This document shows positions 7,988-13,019 of a stretch of 13,019 bases of DNA, in pieces. The position numbers and the translations under genes are program-made. The stretch spans positions 1 through 13,019 of the forward strand of contig CAXGUD010000074.1 of assembly GCA_964012805.1 (NCBI GenBank), given 5' to 3'. Positions within the stretch are counted from its first letter, which is position 1; each line of letters starts with the position of its first letter. The notes under the pieces were generated by a model. That model was given only the letters and a program-made list of their open reading frames with translations, made no database searches and had not been told where the DNA came from. This DNA is from an uncultured Bacteriovoracaceae bacterium (lineage in GTDB: Bacteria > Bdellovibrionota > Bacteriovoracia > Bacteriovoracales > Bacteriovoracaceae).

Positions 7988-8014
7988 TAATCTAACTTAT
8001 TTGTTGGCCGATAA
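7988..8014 (+). promoter_or_regulatory. Sigma-28 (FliA)-type promoter
   Basis: TAAT-N15-GCCGATAA has a perfect -10 box (8007-8014), a 3/4 -35 box and canonical spacing. It ends 45 nt upstream of ATG 8060. Confidence 0.65.
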
Positions 8015-8059
8015 GTGCTTAGGTTTTTAAAAATGGTCTCCTAAAAATGGTAATAGGTT

Positions 8060-8542
8060 ATGGTCCTTCTTCCCTTATATTCTGATTCCCAAAAAAGAAT
8101 ACATACCATTGTCATAATGGGAGCAATTGTTGGAATGACCATAACAGGTTTTATTATTAGTTATTTTAAAGGTTCTGCGTCGGGAACCTTTTCTTTGTCA
8201 CCAGCTATACAACAACAGCTAATAAGTTTTACCTTTTTATTTTTAGGTTTCTATCTAACGTCTTCATATCTTTTTTTTCAAATACTTGTTGTTGAAAGAG
8301 ATAAAAATGAGTTTTCGATAGGAAGGAAAATATTCGGTAAGATAATTAGGGTCCGAACCTTTAAAATAAATGAGGCCAAAGAGGTTGTCATGTATGACAC
8401 TCCTATTAAATCCGTTTTTTCAATTTTCCTAAAATTAAAAAGTTCCGAAATTCTCTTGATGAAAGGCGATGAAGATTTTGTTTTAGAGTTAAGTAAAAGA
8501 ATAAGCTCTGAATTAGGTGCCAAGTTTAAAAAAGGTAAATGA
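8060..8542 (+). CDS. Hypothetical membrane protein (2 TM helices plus a beta-rich, possibly bacterial PH-like, C-terminal domain)
   Basis: 160-aa ORF with hydrophobic segments TIVIMGAIVGMTITGFIISYF and LISFTFLFLGFYLTSSYLFF, followed by short beta-strand-like segments and a terminal helix. Confidence 0.7.
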   Translation: MVLLPLYSDSQKRIHTIVIMGAIVGMTITGFIISYFKGSASGTFSLSPAIQQQLISFTFLFLGFYLTSSYLFFQILVVERDKNEFSIGRKIFGKIIRVRTFKINEAKEVVMYDTPIKSVFSIFLKLKSSEILLMKGDEDFVLELSKRISSELGAKFKKGK

Positions 8543-8606
8543 TTCTAAATATCGATGTATCTAGAAATATTCTTTTCTAAGAATTTAAACTTTAAAGGTC
8601 AAAGAA

Positions 8607-9083
8607 ATGGAACTACCACAAATTTATTGCGATATGGATGGTGTTTTAGCTGATTTGGAAAGATTTTGCTTTGAACGCCTTAATGAGCCCATGAGTAGTA
8701 CTAATTGGGTTCATTTACCTGAAGATGTATTTTTTCAACTTCCTTTAATGGAGGATGCGAAAGTACTCTGGTCTTACATTGTTAAATTCGACCCCTTTAT
8801 TTTAACGGCTTTACCTAAAGATGAAGAAAGATCTAAGAGAGCAAAAATAGATAAAATATTATGGATGAAGGAAAAATTTAATTTTCCTGAAGAAAAAATG
8901 AATTGTGTATTTAGACACCAAAAAAAAGATTATTCTATTTCCAAAAAAAATGGAAAGCCGAACCTTTTGATTGATGATTATTTACTTAATATTCAAGAGT
9001 TTGAAAAAAGCGGAGGAATAGCAATTCATCATCAAAACTCCATTGAAACAATTAAACATTTAAAAAAAATAGGATTTCCTTAA
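8607..9083 (+). CDS. HAD-superfamily 5'(3')-deoxyribonucleotidase (NT5C-like)
   Basis: HAD motif I IYCDMDGVLAD, motif II ILTA, KILW, motif IV LLIDD and GGIAIHH. Confidence 0.85.
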   Translation: MELPQIYCDMDGVLADLERFCFERLNEPMSSTNWVHLPEDVFFQLPLMEDAKVLWSYIVKFDPFILTALPKDEERSKRAKIDKILWMKEKFNFPEEKMNCVFRHQKKDYSISKKNGKPNLLIDDYLLNIQEFEKSGGIAIHHQNSIETIKHLKKIGFP

Positions 9084-9150
9084 AAAGTTTTTTATAGTTG
9101 AATTGATTACTTTTAAAGTTTTTTTTAAAAATTTAAAAAGGAATAGAATA

Positions 9151-9636
9151 ATGAATCGAATGTCTAAAATGATTCAAATGATTGAAAAAATTCCAATTGG
9201 CAAAACTTTTTTTAGATCCAAAGTTTTGGGGAATGTTGTACCTTTTACTGGTAATAGTTCTCTAAACTTTGAAAAAATTGAACCTGATGAAGTTATCATT
9301 TCTTTAAAAAATAACCGTTCAGTTCAAAATCATATAAAGCAGGTTCACGCTTGTGCTATGGCCTTGGTTATTGAAACAGCTACTGGTTTTGTTGTTGGTA
9401 TGAATGTTCCAGATGACAAAATACTTCTTATTAAGGAAATGAACCTAAAGTATGTAAAAAGATCATTAGGAAAAGTGAAGGGCACTGCTTCTTTAACTCA
9501 AGCTCAAATTGAACAGATAAAAAGTGAGCCTAAAGGAGATATAGCTGTTCCTGTTATTTTGACGGATGATGAAGGGAAAGAGCCTGTAAAAGCCGAGGTC
9601 ATTTGGGCTTGGCGTGAGAAGAAAAAAGACCATTAG
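9151..9636 (+). CDS. DUF4442 / PaaI-like hotdog-fold thioesterase family protein
   Basis: Motifs VPFTG, VQNHIKQVHACAMALVIETATG and MNLKYVKRSLG. ATG 9151 with upstream AAGGA is preferred over TTG 9103. Confidence 0.85.
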   Translation: MNRMSKMIQMIEKIPIGKTFFRSKVLGNVVPFTGNSSLNFEKIEPDEVIISLKNNRSVQNHIKQVHACAMALVIETATGFVVGMNVPDDKILLIKEMNLKYVKRSLGKVKGTASLTQAQIEQIKSEPKGDIAVPVILTDDEGKEPVKAEVIWAWREKKKDH

Positions 9637-9642
9637 AAGGTA

Positions 9643-10476
9643 TTAAGGCTTAATTGATGAGGGGGAAGAATTCTTTCCTCTTTCATCCCTTATTTTCATT
9701 TTGGTTTTTAACTCTTTTAAATCCTTAATTTCTTGCCTAAGTGATTTTATCTCTTTAATAATTTCTTCCTTATCATTCTGACTAACTTTATTTTCGGCTT
9801 CTGTTGAATCTGAGTCCATTGCATTGACCATAACGGCAACCATCAAATTTAGAAATGTAAAAGTTGTCACTAGGATAAAGGGAATAAAAAATGCCCATGC
9901 GAAGGGGTGTTTTTCCATAATTGGACGCACAATGCCCATTGACCAGCTCTCTAAAGTCATGACTTGAAAAAGAGAATATAAGCTTTTCCCAATATTTCCA
10001 AACCACTCAGGAAAGTTTGCACTGAATAACCTCGTTGAAATAACAGCTCCGACATAAAAAAGAAGACAAACAATACCTGTAATGGCACCTAACCCTGGAA
10101 TTGAAGAGAGCAGACTTGAAACAACTTTTTTCAGAGTCGGAATTATAGAGATCATTCTTAAAGCTCTCAAGGCCCTCAGTGCTCTAAGGATTGAAATTGA
10201 ACCAGCCGAAGGAAAAGCAGAAGAGCCTACAATTAAAAAATCAAAGATATTCCATGGGTCTTTAAAAAACCTGTGTTTATAAACCATTATTTTTAATATT
10301 ATTTCTATTGAAAAAAATATCATGAAGAGTCTATCTAAAAAATGAAGAGTTTGTCCGTGGCTTGCCATGATCTCTGGGGATGTTTCTAGGCCAAGTGTGA
10401 TTGAGTTTAAAAAAATGACCGTTAAGACAAAGGTTTCAAATTGCGGCCTTTCGACTATTTTTTTTAAAGAATTCAT
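9643..10476 (-). CDS. Bacterial voltage-gated sodium channel (BacNav; NavAb/NaChBac family ion transporter)
   Basis: Six-TM topology with S3 DPWNIFDFLIV, S4 LRALRALRALR (four Arg), filter LFQVMTLESWSMGIVRP, S6 LNLMVAVMVNAM and a C-terminal coiled coil. AAAGGA lies upstream of the start. Confidence 0.95.
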   Translation of the reverse strand: MNSLKKIVERPQFETFVLTVIFLNSITLGLETSPEIMASHGQTLHFLDRLFMIFFSIEIILKIMVYKHRFFKDPWNIFDFLIVGSSAFPSAGSISILRALRALRALRMISIIPTLKKVVSSLLSSIPGLGAITGIVCLLFYVGAVISTRLFSANFPEWFGNIGKSLYSLFQVMTLESWSMGIVRPIMEKHPFAWAFFIPFILVTTFTFLNLMVAVMVNAMDSDSTEAENKVSQNDKEEIIKEIKSLRQEIKDLKELKTKMKIRDERGKNSSPSSIKP

Positions 10477-10674
10477 ACAGCTTTCCTTTCTTGTTCACTC
10501 CACTTGAACATTAAATATAGAGAATTGTCTAATCTCTTTTGTTTAAGTTGAAAATAATAAAAGTTTATAAGTCTTCATTTTGATTGAATTTTATAATTTT
10601 TTTTGCCTGTAACGCTATGCGTGTTAACTTATATAGTGAAAACCTTTTCCTTGAATCTTATTTAGGGGGAATTT

Positions 10675-12588
10675 GTGAAAACTTTCTTCGGCTTTTTTTC
10701 CTTGGCCTCTCTTTTTTTCTTAGCAATAGCTCCTAGCCCCTTAGAAGCTGGTTATAAAAATAGGTTTCGGACCTTATTGGGTTTATCCAAAAAACACAAG
10801 GCTAAATTTCACAGAAATATTGTTTACCCCACCCCTATCTCTTTTAAGCAAAATGGAAATTTTAAAGTTGAAATACAAGTTGTTAAGCCAAAAACCATGC
10901 ATAAACTTAAAGCGGCCCTTCCTTTTCCTACAAGTTTTTCAGGAGATGCTGTCGGCGACTTGAAAGAACCATCCTTAAAGACATCGTGGTCTATGGGAGG
11001 GGATGCTAATAATATTATCGTTAGTAAAGACAAAGGAGATCCTGCTAAAAACCTGGAAGAAGCAAGTAGTACGGCCGGTTATCTTGTGATTCAGCAAAAA
11101 ACACTGAAACTTCAGTTAGGAATAGGAACAGGCTGGGCGTTTGCTGGTTGGGCCGGTGCTGGTGTGAGTTTAGGGCTTGATTTAAGTGGAGCCGTAAAAA
11201 CAGTTTCGAAGAGGAATGTCAGAACAAGAAGTGAAGCTGAGCGCTTAAAACTTTTTAGGTTTATTCCAGTAAATAATGAGGGGTTTAGAAAATGGGCCGA
11301 GGGAGATGAACTTCATTTTGCTACAACAGGGGCGATTGGTTTTTCGGCAGGAGCAGGAACAGTTTTCCTTAAAGTAGGGAAAAATTATAGAACGTTTGGA
11401 ACTTTTGGAATTAGTGTAAAAAAGCTTAAAGATGGTCTTGTTTCTCTTGATGTTAGTAGCATTAAAATAAAAGAGGTTTCTACCACGGCAGGCTCTATTT
11501 TATCAGGCGCGAATCTTGTTAAGGTTAATAAAAAGGGAATCCAGTTCTCTTTTACTTTTGATTTAAAAAATAAGGACGCTTTAAATGCTTATAAAAAGAT
11601 GATTGCAGGAAATATTCTTTATGCTCAAGCTTTAGTTTTAAAGAAAAAAGTAGGAATTAAAACTACAGATAAAGTTCAACTTACAAAAAAAGCGAAGGCC
11701 AAGACAAAAGGAAATGTTTTTAGGGGGGCCTTTAGAGTTCCCTTTCTATTTACGTGGGGTTTTAATGTCGGAAAGTCTTTTACAAAAAGTGAAGTTGATA
11801 TGTATGACCCTAATATTATCGTGGAAAGCCATATAGGATTGTGGAACAAAGGCTATGTGACAGAAGGGATTTTAAGCCGGCACATAAAAAGGACGACAGC
11901 ATTTTCAGGAAACTTTCAAAAAATAACAGAAGTTAGGTTAGATGATGATAGACATGTCGATCTATTTACAGGGTCTTTTGCGGTCCACTACCAAAACGAC
12001 AAGATTTCAGGTGATAAGCTTCAAAAGGAACTAAGACGATTAAGGCGGAAGTACGGGTTTGAAAAAACTTTTAAAATGAAGTCGGATGTAAAAAATTTAG
12101 GCTTTGGTTTGATTAAGTTCTCAGGAGTTATTTCAAATGTGGCGACTTTTGAATTGATGAAAGAGTCAACAGAAAAATCAGCTTCTCAATTTCAGGCCAT
12201 GGCCCTTAAAAGACTTGAGCACTTTTTTAAAAACCACGCTAATCCAAATTCAGTTTGTAAGCTTGTGCATATTAGAGGTTGTAAAAAGCATAAAATAAGT
12301 CAAACGAAGCAGGCCATGTTAGACGTTCATAGAAAGCTTCAGGATATGATTGAAGCTTACAATAAATACGACACAAAAAGGTTTGTTAAGAAGTACGCAA
12401 CTATGGGAAGTAATATGATGGTGAATCGTTTTACTTTTAATACTTGTCTTGAGCTTATGAATTTACATGGGGTGACTGCTGAACCTTACAAGATGAACTT
12501 TTTACTTAAAGGAACCAATATCAAAACAGTTAAGATCGAGTTAGATGACCCTAGTCCTCTTATTAAAAAGGGTGAGACTGTAGATTAG
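10675..12588 (+). CDS. Secreted hypothetical protein, Lys-rich, with a beta-strand-rich core and helical C-terminus
   Basis: 637-aa ORF with a GTG start, RBS AGGGGGA (10664-10670) and a signal peptide ending SPLEA. No family was recognised. Confidence 0.8.
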   Translation: MKTFFGFFSLASLFFLAIAPSPLEAGYKNRFRTLLGLSKKHKAKFHRNIVYPTPISFKQNGNFKVEIQVVKPKTMHKLKAALPFPTSFSGDAVGDLKEPSLKTSWSMGGDANNIIVSKDKGDPAKNLEEASSTAGYLVIQQKTLKLQLGIGTGWAFAGWAGAGVSLGLDLSGAVKTVSKRNVRTRSEAERLKLFRFIPVNNEGFRKWAEGDELHFATTGAIGFSAGAGTVFLKVGKNYRTFGTFGISVKKLKDGLVSLDVSSIKIKEVSTTAGSILSGANLVKVNKKGIQFSFTFDLKNKDALNAYKKMIAGNILYAQALVLKKKVGIKTTDKVQLTKKAKAKTKGNVFRGAFRVPFLFTWGFNVGKSFTKSEVDMYDPNIIVESHIGLWNKGYVTEGILSRHIKRTTAFSGNFQKITEVRLDDDRHVDLFTGSFAVHYQNDKISGDKLQKELRRLRRKYGFEKTFKMKSDVKNLGFGLIKFSGVISNVATFELMKESTEKSASQFQAMALKRLEHFFKNHANPNSVCKLVHIRGCKKHKISQTKQAMLDVHRKLQDMIEAYNKYDTKRFVKKYATMGSNMMVNRFTFNTCLELMNLHGVTAEPYKMNFLLKGTNIKTVKIELDDPSPLIKKGETVD

Positions 12589-12593
12589 ATGGC

Positions 12594-12908
12594 TTAGTCG
12601 AGTTTTTTAACACTAATTCGATAATAACCGTCTTCTCCCACAACGGTCGTTTCAACGACGGGTTTGAAGCTTTTCCCATCTTCTTGCTTATCAAAAAGAA
12701 GCTCCATAAGTGACATTTGAAAGAAGTTACTCAAACTGGCCAAATGGTGAATTGTTCTGGCATCAGGTGCTGACCCATTACACCAGTTATGCAATGTTCC
12801 TTTGTTGATATCGCACTTGTCGGCTAGTTTTGAGAGACTCATGTTTCTTGACTCAATTTCTCTTGAAATCACTTCTCTAAGTCTAAATTTGATCTCTGAA
12901 GTCTCCAT
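12594..12908 (-). CDS. XRE/Cro-C1 family helix-turn-helix transcriptional regulator
   Basis: HTH pattern MSLSKLADKCDINKGTLHNWCNG...LASLSNFFQMSLMELLF, with RBS AAGGA (12919-12915). Confidence 0.9.
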   Translation of the reverse strand: METSEIKFRLREVISREIESRNMSLSKLADKCDINKGTLHNWCNGSAPDARTIHHLASLSNFFQMSLMELLFDKQEDGKSFKPVVETTVVGEDGYYRISVKKLD

Positions 12909-12932
12909 GACCTATCCTTAAGGTGAACATTG

Positions 12933-12958
12933 ATAACTTAATGATTGCAGTAAGTTAT
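12933..12958. promoter_or_regulatory. Inverted repeat upstream of the XRE gene, candidate autoregulatory operator
   Basis: ATAACTTA-N10-TAAGTTAT has 8-bp perfect arms and lies 25 nt upstream of ATG 12908. Confidence 0.5.
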
Positions 12959-13019
12959 GAGTATTCGCAATAAATTTAGTTTGTTAGAAACATAATTCTT
13001 CGTACAGTGAACAAAAATT

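Noticed and set aside
8278..8523. 81-aa minus-strand ORF
   Set aside because: Antisense shadow within the 8060..8542 gene.
9103..9150. TTG-initiated N-terminal extension of the DUF4442 gene
   Set aside because: ATG 9151 has an RBS-like AAGGA, and the extension is low-complexity.
9788..10282. 72-aa (9788..10006, minus) and 66-aa (10082..10282, plus) ORFs
   Set aside because: Alternative-frame and antisense ORFs inside the well-supported sodium channel gene.
10824..11033. 69-aa minus-strand ORF
   Set aside because: Antisense shadow within the 637-aa gene.
1..13019. CRISPR arrays, tRNA/rRNA genes, IS elements or prophage
   Set aside because: No repeat-spacer periodicity, cloverleaf motifs, transposase, integrase or structural phage genes were seen. 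XRE and NT5C genes alone do not indicate a prophage.

Overview
Very AT-rich bacterial chromosomal window. The gene content resembles predatory Bdellovibrionota (Bacteriovorax/Halobacteriovorax-like); this is an inference only. The left half holds two divergently transcribed 7TM-DISM membrane sensors. One is a CheA-like kinase (7TMR-DISMED2, 7TM, PAS-like, HPt, HATPase) on the minus strand that runs off the left edge and is missing from the supplied ORF track. The other is an 827-aa paralogue that appears to lack both the HPt histidine and the ATPase domain. Between them lies an unannotated, internally deleted pseudogene of a lysophospholipase L2 (PldB)-like alpha/beta hydrolase. Further right are a secreted CE4 polysaccharide deacetylase, a DUF4833-like secreted protein, a 2-TM hypothetical protein, an NT5C-type HAD nucleotidase, a DUF4442/hotdog protein, a bacterial voltage-gated sodium channel, a 637-aa secreted beta-rich hypothetical protein and an XRE regulator. 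Several sigma-28-like -10 boxes and palindromic operator candidates are visible. No rRNA, tRNA, CRISPR array or mobile element was found. All family calls are by-eye motif recognition, not database searches.
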